Source of the DNA: a bacterium
GTDB lineage: Bacteria > UBA8248
Length of the DNA stretch: 64,000 nucleotides
Reading direction: 5' to 3'
Assembly: GCA_965200245.1 (NCBI GenBank)
Contig: CBDATS010000008.1
Span: 32,001 to 96,000 of the forward strand
In this document: positions 49,103 to 59,687 of the stretch, piece by piece
Position numbering within the stretch: the stretch's first letter is position 1
Layout of the letters: each line of letters starts with the position of its first letter
The notes under the pieces: model-generated
What the model saw: only the letters and a program-made list of their open reading frames with translations
Databases searched by the model: none
Told to the model about the DNA's origin: nothing
Made by a program: the position numbers and the translations under genes

Positions 49103-50659
49103 CTATTGTCTCGTTCCTGCACTTCCCGCACGGCGCGGGTCGCCGAAAGCAATGATACGCCCGTCATCGATTATCTCAACGGCGTGTACACCACCGAAGA
49201 AGTGGTGTGGATACGTATAGGGCGAAACTTCGAAACCGTGCAGGCGCGCATATTTCAGTACCGCCTCGTCCAGCCCGTTCTCGACATGAAGAGGACCGAT
49301 ATCCAGATGTATGCGGGGGGCTTCCACCGCTTCTTGAAGCGTCTTGTTCCGGTAAAAGATATCCAGAATCACCTGTGCAACCGCTGTGGGAATGCGATAC
49401 GAACCGGGGCTGCCAAGGCCCAAACGCAACTTCTCCTCCACGAAAACCAGGGTGGGAGCATATCCTGCCATGGGACGCTTGCCCGCACCTAAGGAATTAC
49501 CACGCCCCGGGCGGGGGTCCATCCAGTTCGTGTGGTTGTTCAAGAGAATGCCCGTGCCCTGCGGCACAACGCCCGAACCCCAATTCATTCCCAAAGTCTG
49601 CGTATGGCAAACCATGTTTCCTTTGGCGTCCATAATCGTGAAATGAGTGGTTGAACCCGGCTCTGTGTTGTGAAGATGAACGTCAGAAGCTCGCTCCTTC
49701 TCTATCGCGGCAACGGCATATCCCTTGCTCAGGAGTCGCTCCACAGGCATGTCGAAATGGTGAGGATCACCATAGACCGAAAATCTATCTCGAAATGCCG
49801 CACGCATGGCGCGTGCGAGGGCCAGACCACGTGCGGCTTCATTCGCAGCATCCCATTTAGGCAGCAGGACTTCGAGGAAATGCAATATCTGAATCAGGAT
49901 GAGACCGGAAGAAGGAGGTGGCGCAGTCAGAAAATGGAGGTTCCGATAACGCGAGGCGAGTGGTGCCACCCACCTCACACGGTAGTTTTCAAGATCGGAG
50001 ATTCCTGGATAACCTCCGCCGTTCCTCACCTCGTTTACAACAGCCTTTGCGAGCGCGCCCTCATAAAAGGCCTCTGCTCCATTTTGTGCTATTTCTCGAA
50101 GCGTTCTCGCCAAATCCGGTTGGCGCAAGAGCGTCCCTTCGGCATGCGGTTTGCCAGATGATGAATATATTCTCGCGAATTCGGGGTATGCCGCGCAAAT
50201 ATCCCTGAAGCGCTTCCCTTCCTGCTGGAGACGACAGAACCAACCGACATGAAAACCCTCATCCGCCAAGCGGATCGCGCCCTCGAACAAATCGCCCCAG
50301 GGCCGCCGCCCGAATTCGCGGTGAATCGCCTCGAGCCCACGCAGCAACCCCGGAACCAGGATAGAACGGTGGCCTCGACTGTGCTCATGACCGATGTGTT
50401 CGCCGTTTTCATCGCACTCGAAAATACCGGGCTCCATGCCGAAGGGGCATTCATTGCTGAAATCGACGAAGCGCGCTCTTTTCTCGCTCTCGCGCCAGAT
50501 AAGCGCCACACCACCGCCTCCAAGGCCGGAATAAAAAGGCTCCGCCACCCCCAGAGCGAGGGAAACGGCCACCGCAGCATCGCATGCGTCTCCCCCATCT
50601 TGCATTACGCGCAAACCCTCTTCCACCGCTTTTTCGTGGGATGCTGCTACGGCGAACAA
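49103..50659 (-). CDS. Gamma-glutamyltransferase family protein, no signal peptide
   Basis: GG.A.DAAVA, EP..SGLGGGG, VPG, QPDLARTL, TTHF (Thr nucleophile), GSG..P.TGILLNN, DPRR; TTG start after GGAGG. Confidence 0.9.
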   Translation of the reverse strand: MFAVAASHEKAVEEGLRVMQDGGDACDAAVAVSLALGVAEPFYSGLGGGGVALIWRESEKRARFVDFSNECPFGMEPGIFECDENGEHIGHEHSRGHRSILVPGLLRGLEAIHREFGRRPWGDLFEGAIRLADEGFHVGWFCRLQQEGKRFRDICAAYPEFARIYSSSGKPHAEGTLLRQPDLARTLREIAQNGAEAFYEGALAKAVVNEVRNGGGYPGISDLENYRVRWVAPLASRYRNLHFLTAPPPSSGLILIQILHFLEVLLPKWDAANEAARGLALARAMRAAFRDRFSVYGDPHHFDMPVERLLSKGYAVAAIEKERASDVHLHNTEPGSTTHFTIMDAKGNMVCHTQTLGMNWGSGVVPQGTGILLNNHTNWMDPRPGRGNSLGAGKRPMAGYAPTLVFVEEKLRLGLGSPGSYRIPTAVAQVILDIFYRNKTLQEAVEAPRIHLDIGPLHVENGLDEAVLKYARLHGFEVSPYTYPHHFFGGVHAVEIIDDGRIIAFGDPRRAGSAGTRQ

Positions 50660-50876
50660 CAGAATTCCTCCCCATTTCCTGAACACCCACTCATGTAGAT
50701 CATAAGCACACCGTACCTCAAGGGCGCGCTTGAAAGGCACGGGGCAAGACTTATTGTCCTGGCTTTCGCCTTGTGTAATGACAAAACCGCATTATTTGCT
50801 GAAATTTAGACAGATTACGTTCGAATATTGCCACTTTTCATATGGTCGGCATTCTCGTCGACCCATGGATTCTATT

Positions 50877-52027
50877 ATGACAGAAAAACCGCCAGATGGG
50901 AAAAATCCCTCTCTCGCCGGCTCATCAAAAAAGAAGAAAAGCCAGCCTTCCGCCCCAATAGCCGGCCTCGGAAAAACCTCTTTACACTCTCGTTCGTCAG
51001 AAAATTCCTCTTTTTCCTGGCCCTTAGCGTAGGTCTATTCTTCGCCGCCGAGTCGGGATATTTCTGGTGGCAAATCGTCTTGGAGCGCGGACAAGACAAA
51101 GACTGGTTCGACTCGCGCTTCATCATCGTGATGATGATTCTCACCGTCATAACGCTTACGGCGTTGGTCCTCTGGGAGTTGCGGATGGAGGAGCTCATTG
51201 TCGATTTCAGGGTTCTCAGAAACTTGAACCTGAGCGCCTCGTGGTGCTTATCTTCGGAATCGTGATGTTCGGAACCACCTTCATCCTGCCGCAATTTCTG
51301 CAAAATGTGCTCAAGCACGGCTCTTATGAAACTGGTCTCGTCATGTCACCTAGAGATATCGCGCTGTTTTGCATGATGCCCATAGTGGGCCATCTGTATC
51401 ACCTGCTTGATTACAGGGTGTTGATGTGCGGAGGCGTCGCACTGGCCGTTATCTCTATGTTCCTGATGTCAGGGCTCTCCGTGCAGACGGACTACTGGGA
51501 CATGGTGTCGCGCCTGGTCATACTGGGTTTCGGCATGCCCTTCGTCTTCGTAACGTTGACGACCGTCGCTTTCAGCACCACGCCCCGTGGCTGACATCAA
51601 TTCCGCCACGAGTCTGTACAACCTGGCACGCCGGTTGGGTGGCAACTTGGGCTTCGCCATCATGGCGATATTGCTCGAACGTCGCGCTGCCCTGCACCGC
51701 GTAAACATGGTGGGTAACATCACCGAATCAAACGCAATGTTTCTTACATACAAAGAGACACTCACGGAAATGCTGATCCGCAAGCAGATCGACCCGCATA
51801 CCGCGCAAACGAAAGCAATGGGCCTTATCAATCAGGCCATCGACAGGAAAACTGCCATGCTCGCCTATAATGACATCTACTGGTTTATGGGGTGGGATTT
51901 CATCTTTGTCATTCCTTTCATACTGGTGCTGAAAGTCAAAAAAAAAATGAGTCGCGACCGGTTTTTTAGAAAAAGGAGGATGAAGCATCGATCCTCGGAA
52001 GGAGTCAGGTGGGATGCGCCGGATTGA
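50877..52027 (+). pseudogene. DHA2/EmrB-family MFS efflux permease remnant
   Basis: QIVLERGQ..DWFDS, LPQFLQ..., G.GMPF.FV.LT, A.SLYNL.R.LGG, LAYND spread over three frames; N-terminal half absent. Confidence 0.85.
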
Positions 52028-52177
52028 AAGCGCAAAAAGGAAAGCCTTATTTTTGGGGGTAAATTCCGAAAGGATCCTTGAGCAAAACCTTCCAGACGAA
52101 GATAAGCGCCACCAAGATTACTACAACGGTCAAAAATGTTTTCATAAAGAACCGACTCTCCCAACAATGCGTAAAAC

Positions 52178-52254
52178 TGGTGGGTCGCCGGGGAATCGAA
52201 CCCCGAACCCACGGATTAAGAGTCCGTTGCTCTGCCTAGTTGAGCTAGCGACCC
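52178..52254 (-). tRNA. tRNA-Lys (anticodon CTT)
   Basis: GGGTCGC acceptor stem, TAGCTCAA D-arm, ACGGA-CT CTT AA-TCCGT anticodon arm, GGTTCGATTCC T-arm, encoded CCA. Confidence 0.97.
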
Positions 52255-52412
52255 GAAATTTGATTCACCACCGAGCGGCGAAGATCAAACCAGAAGTTAG
52301 CACAGCAAACTCACATAATAAAACCATCGCGGCCTACTCTATTCTTGAACGCCTTTCAGGAATCTTGGTTCCCGGATTTTCTATACCTGTCGGTGTCACT
52401 TACGGATGTTGC

Positions 52413-53735
52413 CTATTTTTCCGGAATCAGACCACGAGGGCTGAAGCGTAGAACCACCAGAAGAATCACTCCCATGACCATCAGCCGCATGTGGGCTGCG
52501 CTTTCCATCAGGTGCTGACGCAAAGGACTGTCCTGTCCGAGACCCGAAGTGAGCATATCCATGGTCCAAAGACCGATGGGTTCGGCTTCGACCCAGAAAA
52601 ACCAAATGACAAAACCGCCCAGAACCGCGCCCCAGTTGTTCCCCGAACCACCAACGATGACCATCACCCAGATGATAAAGGTGAAGCGCAGCGGCTGGTA
52701 GGTGGAGGGCGTGAACTGCCCGTCCAGGGTGGTGAGCATAGCACCCGCGACGCCGACCACTGCCGAACCCAGTACGAAGACTTGTAGATGACGTCCCGTG
52801 ACATCCTTGCCCATGGCGGAGGCGGCAAGTTCGTTATCTCTGATGGCGCGCATCATCCGACCCCACGGCGAATGGAGCGCACGCTCTGAAAGCCACAACA
52901 CGGCGAGGAGAACAATGGTGAACAGTCCCGCATAGCATAATTTGACGAAGATAGAAGATAGTTCCACGGGCGATGCGCCCAGCCAGGTGGCTAAATCCCG
53001 GAACCATACAGCCTGTTGAAGGTCGACCTCATACGGCACCGGGCGGGGAAGTCCGCTTACGTTCTTCACGCCTCGGGCCAACCAGTCTTCATTCTTCAGG
53101 ACGGCGATGATGATTTCAGAAATGCCCAACGTGGAGATCGCCAGATAATCCGTCCTTAATCCCAAGGCAATCTTTCCGATCACCCAGGCTACGGCAGCGG
53201 CGAACAAGCCGCCCGCAACCCAGGAGAGTAGGATGGGCAACCCCAAGCCACCCAGAAACCCGGCTTTAGTCGGGTCCACGGCCTCGATGGCCTCCACGGC
53301 GGGGAAATAGAACGCCCGTGCGAGAAAATAACCACAGATGATGATGCAGGCGAGGAGGAGTTTTCGCGGCAGTCCGGCAGGGGCGCGCCTGGCGGTGAAC
53401 ACGGCGGTTAGAATCGTCATGAGGGAGATTGCCAGAGCAACGACGACACCGGCGCCGCCCGCTCCCCAGGACGCTGGAACAGGAGCAACAGAGACGAGTA
53501 CGGCAGTCACACCGCCCAGAGCCGCGAATCCCATGATACCGATGTTGAAGAGTCCGGCATAACCCCATTGTATGTTGACGCCGAGTGCCATTACGGTAGA
53601 GATGAGGCAAAGGTTCAAGATCGCTAGCGCCAAGGACCAGCTCTGGATCACCCCCACCATGGCCAGAGCAACGAACATGGCGGCAAACATGTAAACAGTG
53701 CGCAGGTTCTCTCTCCTGTGGCTATACGGGTTCAT
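52413..53735 (-). CDS. livM: Branched-chain amino acid ABC permease (LivM-like)
   Basis: LGVNIQWGYAGLFN.G, LR.DYLAI.TLG, SPWGR..RAIRDNE, GGSGNN.GA. Confidence 0.88.
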   Translation of the reverse strand: MNPYSHRRENLRTVYMFAAMFVALAMVGVIQSWSLALAILNLCLISTVMALGVNIQWGYAGLFNIGIMGFAALGGVTAVLVSVAPVPASWGAGGAGVVVALAISLMTILTAVFTARRAPAGLPRKLLLACIIICGYFLARAFYFPAVEAIEAVDPTKAGFLGGLGLPILLSWVAGGLFAAAVAWVIGKIALGLRTDYLAISTLGISEIIIAVLKNEDWLARGVKNVSGLPRPVPYEVDLQQAVWFRDLATWLGASPVELSSIFVKLCYAGLFTIVLLAVLWLSERALHSPWGRMMRAIRDNELAASAMGKDVTGRHLQVFVLGSAVVGVAGAMLTTLDGQFTPSTYQPLRFTFIIWVMVIVGGSGNNWGAVLGGFVIWFFWVEAEPIGLWTMDMLTSGLGQDSPLRQHLMESAAHMRLMVMGVILLVVLRFSPRGLIPEK

Positions 53736-54745
53736 GAGGACTTCCGCCCGAAAACACCGGTGGGTCGGAGCAACAGAACCAGCACCAGTATGACGAAGGA
53801 CACCGCGAACTTGTAATCCGTTGACAGCAACTGAACCAACCCTTCCGGTGTCCAGTCTCCCGGCGTGAGATAAGCGACGAATTTCCTGTAGGCGTAGGTG
53901 AGCGCGACTTCGGAAAAGGCGATGATGAACCCGCCGGCGATCGCTCCCACCGGGTTACCCAGTCCGCCGACGATGGCAGCAGCGAAGATAGGCAGCAACA
54001 GATGAAAGTAGGTGAACGGCTTGAAACTCTTGTCCAACCCATACAGGACGCCTGCGATGGTAGCCAGTGACGCGGCGATAATCCAGGTGGTGCGCACGAC
54101 CCGTTCCGGATCGATCCCAGAGAGCAGAGCCAGATCCTCGTTATCCGAATAGGCGCGCATGGATTTGCCAGTGCGCGTGCGGTTCAGAAACCAGAACAGC
54201 GCCACTACGACGATGATGGCCGTCAGCATGGTCAGCCCCTGCGTGGTTTTGAAGGCGACGCCTTCATCAAGACCACTTATTCGCTTGAACATCGGCGCCG
54301 TAATGATGAAGCGCTCTCCGTCGACGAACCATCGATCACCCGGGCCGATGATGATGCGCACCAAGCTGTGGTAAACGAACATCACCCCGACGGAGACGAT
54401 CATCAATACCTCTGGCTTCGCTCTCACTCGGCGATAGAAGCGATATATCCAGTAATCGACCAGCAGGCAAAGAATGATCGTGCACAGGACGCCGAACGGC
54501 AGGGCCAATAGTGCGGTCGGCAACGGGGCGATGGAAACACCTCCGTATTGCAGCCCCAAGGTGAGCAGAATAGTCGCCATGGCCCCGAAAGCCATCGTGT
54601 CGCCTTGTGCGAAATCCGAAAAACGCAGGATTGCGTATATCAGGGTAACGGCCATGGCGCCGATCGCCAGTTGACATCCATACGCCGTGGCGGGGATGAC
54701 GACAAAATTCGAGAGCAGGATCAATGCGTTCAGGGTGCCTTCCAT
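53732..54745 (-). CDS. livH: Branched-chain amino acid ABC permease (LivH-like)
   Basis: TLIY.ILRF..FA.GD, T.TGK.MRA.SDN..LA..SGI, FAAAIVGG.G, LL.RP.G. Confidence 0.88.
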   Translation of the reverse strand: MEGTLNALILLSNFVVIPATAYGCQLAIGAMAVTLIYAILRFSDFAQGDTMAFGAMATILLTLGLQYGGVSIAPLPTALLALPFGVLCTIILCLLVDYWIYRFYRRVRAKPEVLMIVSVGVMFVYHSLVRIIIGPGDRWFVDGERFIITAPMFKRISGLDEGVAFKTTQGLTMLTAIIVVVALFWFLNRTRTGKSMRAYSDNEDLALLSGIDPERVVRTTWIIAASLATIAGVLYGLDKSFKPFTYFHLLLPIFAAAIVGGLGNPVGAIAGGFIIAFSEVALTYAYRKFVAYLTPGDWTPEGLVQLLSTDYKFAVSFVILVLVLLLRPTGVFGRKSS

Positions 54746-54749
54746 CTCC

Positions 54750-55466
54750 TCAGCCGCCTAAAAACGCTCTGCGTACCTGCGGATCCGCCATCAAAGCTGC
54801 ACCAGTATCAGTATAACGGTTGCGACCCTGTACGAGGACATAGCCCCTGTCGGCAATGGCGAGGGCCTGAAGGGCGTTTTGCTCCACTATCAAAACTCCA
54901 ATTCCGCTTCCAGCGACCTCAATGATGCGCTCGAATAGTTCGTCCATCACGATGGGCGAAACGCCAGCGGTGGGTTCATCCAGCATCAACACCTTCGGAC
55001 GAGTCATGAGCGCGCGTCCCACCGCCACCTGCTGACGCTGACCGCCGGAAAGCTCACCGGCGAGTTGGCGGCGTTTTTCCTTGAGTACAGGGAATAGGTC
55101 GAAGACATGCCCTATCGTGTCTGTAATGTCGTCCTCGCGGGTGAAGGCCCCCATCTCGAGGTTTTCCTCCACCGTCATGGAGATGAAGACGTTACGGTTT
55201 TGCGGCACCAGGCTCATACCGCGCGCGACGCGTTCCTGAGGATTCAGCTTGGTGATGTCCTCGCCAGCGAGGTGGACTGATCCATCACGCATCTCCAGCA
55301 TGCCGAAAATGGCTCTCATAGCTGTGGATTTGCCTGATCCGTTGGGACCGACAATTACTGCAATTTCCCCTCGGCCAACGCTGATGGTGCATTCGTGAAT
55401 GATGTCCGGCCCGCCGTAGCCTCCGGTCATGTTCTTGCCGATCAGATAGGCGCCGGAATCATTCAT
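54750..55466 (-). CDS. livF: Branched-chain amino acid ABC ATPase (LivF-like)
   Basis: GPNGSGKST, VPQ.RNVF..MTVEENL.MG, LSGGQRQ, VEQN. Confidence 0.9.
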   Translation of the reverse strand: MNDSGAYLIGKNMTGGYGGPDIIHECTISVGRGEIAVIVGPNGSGKSTAMRAIFGMLEMRDGSVHLAGEDITKLNPQERVARGMSLVPQNRNVFISMTVEENLEMGAFTREDDITDTIGHVFDLFPVLKEKRRQLAGELSGGQRQQVAVGRALMTRPKVLMLDEPTAGVSPIVMDELFERIIEVAGSGIGVLIVEQNALQALAIADRGYVLVQGRNRYTDTGAALMADPQVRRAFLGG

Positions 55467-56233
55467 CGGAGCGGTTTGGTTTTCTTGCCCAGATAGGCTT
55501 CGATGACACGCTCGTCCGTTTTCACTTCCTCGGGGCCACCCTGCGCGAGTACCACGCCTTCTGCCATGACAACCACGGGATCACAAAGGCGCGAGATGAA
55601 ATCCATGTCGTGCTCGATCATGCAAAACGTATAACCGTGATCACGTTGCAAACGCAGGATCGCATCGCCCAGCGTCTTGAGCAGGGTGCGGTTAACGCCA
55701 GCGCCCACTTCATCAAGCAGAACGACCTTGGCGTCTGCCATCATGGTGCGTCCGAGTTCGAGGAGTTTTTTCTGACCGCCGGAGAGGTTCCCGGCCAGTT
55801 CGTCGGTGACTTGGGTGAGTTCGAGAAACTCGATGACTTCATCTGCCTTGACGCGAACGCACTCTTCTTCCAAGCGCACCAGATTGGGCCGTAGCCAAGC
55901 ATCGAGAAGGTTCTCTCCCGACTGGCCCGAAGGCACCATCATGAGGTTTTCGCGTACTGTCAGGGTGGAAAATTCTTGAGCGATCTGGAATGTGCGTAAC
56001 ATTCCCATGGCGCACAATTCATGTGGTTTTCGGCCGGTGATGTCTTCCCCGGCCAAATAGATGCTGCCAGACGTCGGTTGGTGAACCCCGGCGATGACGT
56101 CGAACAACGTAGTTTTGCCCGCGCCGTTAGGGCCGATGAGGCCGGTAATGCGGCCGCCGTCGATGGAGAGGGAAACTCCATCGACGGCTCGAATGCCGCC
56201 AAAGTGCATGTGCAGATCGACGACCGAGATCAT
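55463..56233 (-). CDS. livG: Branched-chain amino acid ABC ATPase (LivG-like)
   Basis: FGGIRAVD, GLIGPNGAGKTT, RTFQ, IEHDM, V.EAYLG. Confidence 0.9.
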   Translation of the reverse strand: MISVVDLHMHFGGIRAVDGVSLSIDGGRITGLIGPNGAGKTTLFDVIAGVHQPTSGSIYLAGEDITGRKPHELCAMGMLRTFQIAQEFSTLTVRENLMMVPSGQSGENLLDAWLRPNLVRLEEECVRVKADEVIEFLELTQVTDELAGNLSGGQKKLLELGRTMMADAKVVLLDEVGAGVNRTLLKTLGDAILRLQRDHGYTFCMIEHDMDFISRLCDPVVVMAEGVVLAQGGPEEVKTDERVIEAYLGKKTKPLR

Positions 56234-56256
56234 AGGATCCGCAAGGAACGTCCGGG

Positions 56257-57441
56257 CTAGCGGTACCGCACGGTGGTAATCTTTCCGTTCTTCACCAGGA
56301 TTTCGCGGTAGCTTCCAGCACTCTCGCCGGGGCCTATGAATTCGACCGCCGAGGCTCCCACATAATCGACATCGCCGCCTTTGGCGAGAATCTTGAGCGC
56401 CTTGGCCAATTCTCCAGGGTAAATCTTCTCACCCGGGGCATTGGCAACCATCATTACTTTGTCCTTGAGCTTCATGCTCTTGCTGGAGCCTGCGGCCTGC
56501 ATGGCCAGCAGGATCAGGGCGGCGGCGTCATAGGACTCGGGCACATAGGGAGTGCCCGCCTTAAAACCTGCCTTCTTGGTCAATGCGCTGAGTTTCGCCT
56601 TGCCTGGACTGTCTGTTCCGGGAACGGTGCCGTATGAACCGTCGAGTGCCTTGCCGATCGCCTTCGGTAGGCTCTCACCAACCATGCCGTCTGGCAGCAC
56701 AAAGGTTTTGAACGCACCGGTATCGACCGCAGCCCGAATAATGCCCTTGCCACCTTGGTCCAAGTAGCCTGCGACAATCAGAACATCGCCGCCCGCCGCC
56801 GACAGAGCGCCGACTTCCGCCGTGTAATCCGCCTTGCCGTCTTCGTGCGCCGCTGAAATCGTAATTTTGCCGCCCGCTTTCTCGAAGTTGGTCTTGATGC
56901 TATTGGCCAAGCCCTTACCGTAGTCGTTGTTGGTGTAGGTCAGGGCTGCAGATTTGACGCCTCTTTCCTTCAAAACGGCGCTGATAACCTGCCCCTGCCG
57001 AGCGTCGGAGGGAGCAGTGCGGAAAAACAGACCGTTGTCCTTGATGGTAGAAAGGGCCGGTGAAGTCGCCGAGGGGGATATCATCACGATTCCGTTGGGT
57101 TTCGCCACGCTTTCCAGTATGGCGATAGTTACGCCCGAACAATCCCCGCCGACGATGGCGTTCACTTTATCGGAGGTGACCAGACGTTCTGCAGCCGCTC
57201 TGGCTGCAGCGGAATCGGTGCATGTGGTATCACCGCGGACTGAAACCAACTTTGCACCGCCAAGCAAAGCGCCGCTATCGTTCACTTCTTTCATCGCCAA
57301 TTCGGCTCCCTTGGCCATGGCTGGTGTCAGGGATTCGATGGGCCCCGTGTAACCGAAAAGGAGGCCCAGTTTGATGGTTTGCGCACTGGCTGCCACACTT
57401 GTGAATAAAACCAACGTCATCGCAAGCAACATTTTTTTCAT
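56257..57441 (-). CDS. Branched-chain amino acid-type ABC substrate-binding protein
   Basis: Signal peptide MKKMLLA..ASA, GYTGPIESL, SPSATSPALS, FFRTAPSD, NNDYGKG. Confidence 0.9.
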   Translation of the reverse strand: MKKMLLAMTLVLFTSVAASAQTIKLGLLFGYTGPIESLTPAMAKGAELAMKEVNDSGALLGGAKLVSVRGDTTCTDSAAARAAAERLVTSDKVNAIVGGDCSGVTIAILESVAKPNGIVMISPSATSPALSTIKDNGLFFRTAPSDARQGQVISAVLKERGVKSAALTYTNNDYGKGLANSIKTNFEKAGGKITISAAHEDGKADYTAEVGALSAAGGDVLIVAGYLDQGGKGIIRAAVDTGAFKTFVLPDGMVGESLPKAIGKALDGSYGTVPGTDSPGKAKLSALTKKAGFKAGTPYVPESYDAAALILLAMQAAGSSKSMKLKDKVMMVANAPGEKIYPGELAKALKILAKGGDVDYVGASAVEFIGPGESAGSYREILVKNGKITTVRYR

Positions 57442-57953
57442 CTTTCCCCCCCCTCCCATGGGCCAATATTGAAAAAAGTGTAATCGTGTGTAATGGGCTT
57501 TCATCGTCAATGAAACGGATTGTACATGATCCGGGATGAATAGTCGAAATAAATCGTTGACAGGAGCAGTTATAGAGGTTCAGCCGCCGAAATGGTCGGA
57601 GAGTAAATCTGGAGCCTGATGAGAGGCCTGCATCCAGTGTATTGGGCAATATTTTATTGTTTACTATGACACACTTGGCAGGGCTCGAAATTCAACAGTC
57701 TCGTCAAAAGGTGTTGGGAACAGTGTCAATGCATCGAGAAAAAACACTGCCAGTAATAATCCGCGATGGGTTGGCTCCACTGGGTTCCGGTCGTGATCAA
57801 ATGAGTTGTGCTATTGGATGGAATGGTGAACTCTCATCTGTTTTGTTGCTTTAATCCCGTAGCGTGGGATCTGGCGTTGGTCGTCAAATATTACTTTCGG
57901 GTATCTGATGATTTTCTCCTCTCAAAGCTTTCTGGATGGTAAGGGGTAGCATG

Positions 57954-58007
57954 TAGCACGCGGCAAGACGCCGCAAGGGAGGGTATCCTGCGTGTTAGCG
58001 GCGTCTT
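57954..58007. repeat. Two interleaved 10-bp inverted repeats
   Basis: TAGCACGCGG(57954)/CTGCGTGTTA(57988) with two G.U pairs; AAGACGCCGC(57965)/GCGGCGTCTT(57998) perfect. Confidence 0.7.
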
Positions 58008-58565
58008 CGCCTTACAATGGTGGCATCAAGTATGCTGGGGGAGACCCCTGAACTGGTTATTCATCAATCAAATAGCCCATTTGGTTGATTTTTGCCTTGC
58101 ATGGCCCGCTGATGATGTGGTATATTCGCTATTTGTTCACTTTAGGCGTCCCATAGGCTTGTCAACCAAACCGAAGCAACTCTATACGATATTGATGGCT
58201 ATGTGGTGTCCTGTGAGGAGCAAGTGGACTCAGATCTGCGCGGTTAACCGGTATCTCTCAAAAACGCGAGATTTTATCTGAACGCCCCGCGTAGCCGATT
58301 TCGCGACTTCCTCCAAAATCTGTCCCGTGAGGGAATAGTATGTTGATTATTCTGTGAATTTTAACCAACAACGCCCCGATATGACGTATGGGTGCCTTAA
58401 GTTCCCTACAGTTTAACATTCGCGCAACGGCCAGATGATTGAAGCATGAGTTGTAATATTTAATGACCAACGCCAGGCTCCACGCTACGGGGGCGAGGCC
58501 AACAAGAACAGGTAACATGTATATGGTGGGATAATTCATAAACATCCCAAAAGGAATGGAAACTC

Positions 58566-59687
58566 ATGAACACCGAATGTCTTATGCAATGGAACCTTTT
58601 GAAAAAGGAAACAACTTCCGTCTCGGATTTCGATCTCAAAAAACTAGAACAAAAGATCGAGGTTTACCTGCAGGAAAACCAGGGAACAGGTGAAGATGTG
58701 GTACGCATTGTACTCAGAGGTATCCGCGAAGCCATTAAGCACAGGGAAGATGAGGACAAGAGAGTACGGGACAGTGCCCGGAAGCTTCTGGCAAGTTGTT
58801 ACCACACTTTGGATAAAGCCCGTGAGAATGCCGACCATCTCGATAAAACATTGGCAGAGGCTGAGGAAAGAGAACTCGAGTCTCGCAAAATACCCGAGAT
58901 CATCTCTCTCGATAATGACTTTCAACTGGAAGAAGTTCTCACAATTAGAAAACTCACTTCCGTAGGAAAAGCCCTCGATATTTGTGTTAGCAAGCGTGAT
59001 ACGGCCCTAGGCTATTTGGGGGAAGTTGAGGCTGGGAAAACAAAACTGTGGGTACTCCTGAAGCAGGAGAAACCATACGCACTTCTGCAAATCGATATGG
59101 AAGACAACGAAGTTCAGCAATTTTCCGCCAGCGAAAACGATGATCCCGTCATCTCATTCGAACTCGCCGTTGAACTTCTCAATAAACTCGATATTACTGC
59201 TGACGATACCGCCTCATTCGTGCATGTCGGTGCATTCAGCAAGTTCAAAGATGGACGGAGACCAGACGTTATGCCAGTTTTTGTCAATGGTCAGGAAATG
59301 TGGATATGGCTATATGAAGAGGAACTTATCATCGCAGTTGATGAATATCATGATGGAAACCTCTCCTGGTCTCGTTTCGAGTTGACCAGAGAAGAAGGAA
59401 GATATTCAAGGAGAACAAGGCCAGGGAGAACAAGGCCATGGCGCAAATGCCCAAAAGCCCGGATAGAATGGGAAAGCAACGAACACAACCACATGAGCTT
59501 GGGGATGCTGTTTGAGGTGGTGCGGCAAAATCCCCACATCCTGGAAAGGTTTCGGGCACCTCCTATTATTATGAAGAAGCACTGTTATTCGGACCGTCCG
59601 GTCATCGGCATTTTCAAGCAGGCGGAGGCCTGCACGTCGGTTCCCGGGTTATGTCGTGAGCATGGCATGAGCAGCGCCACTTTCTAG
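58566..59687 (+). CDS. AT-rich hypothetical protein with a PcfJ-like segment; C-terminus runs into an IS3 remnant
   Basis: L..VG.AL.ICV....Y...V..G...LW.L.....P.A.LQI......V.QF....N pattern; last ~38 codons are IS3 orfA. Confidence 0.55.
   Translation: MNTECLMQWNLLKKETTSVSDFDLKKLEQKIEVYLQENQGTGEDVVRIVLRGIREAIKHREDEDKRVRDSARKLLASCYHTLDKARENADHLDKTLAEAEERELESRKIPEIISLDNDFQLEEVLTIRKLTSVGKALDICVSKRDTALGYLGEVEAGKTKLWVLLKQEKPYALLQIDMEDNEVQQFSASENDDPVISFELAVELLNKLDITADDTASFVHVGAFSKFKDGRRPDVMPVFVNGQEMWIWLYEEELIIAVDEYHDGNLSWSRFELTREEGRYSRRTRPGRTRPWRKCPKARIEWESNEHNHMSLGMLFEVVRQNPHILERFRAPPIIMKKHCYSDRPVIGIFKQAEACTSVPGLCREHGMSSATF

Noticed and set aside
57520-58545. Short ORFs 57642-57854, 58081-58281 and 58258-58545
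   Set aside because: No clear RBS or family motif; treated as non-coding or eroded island DNA
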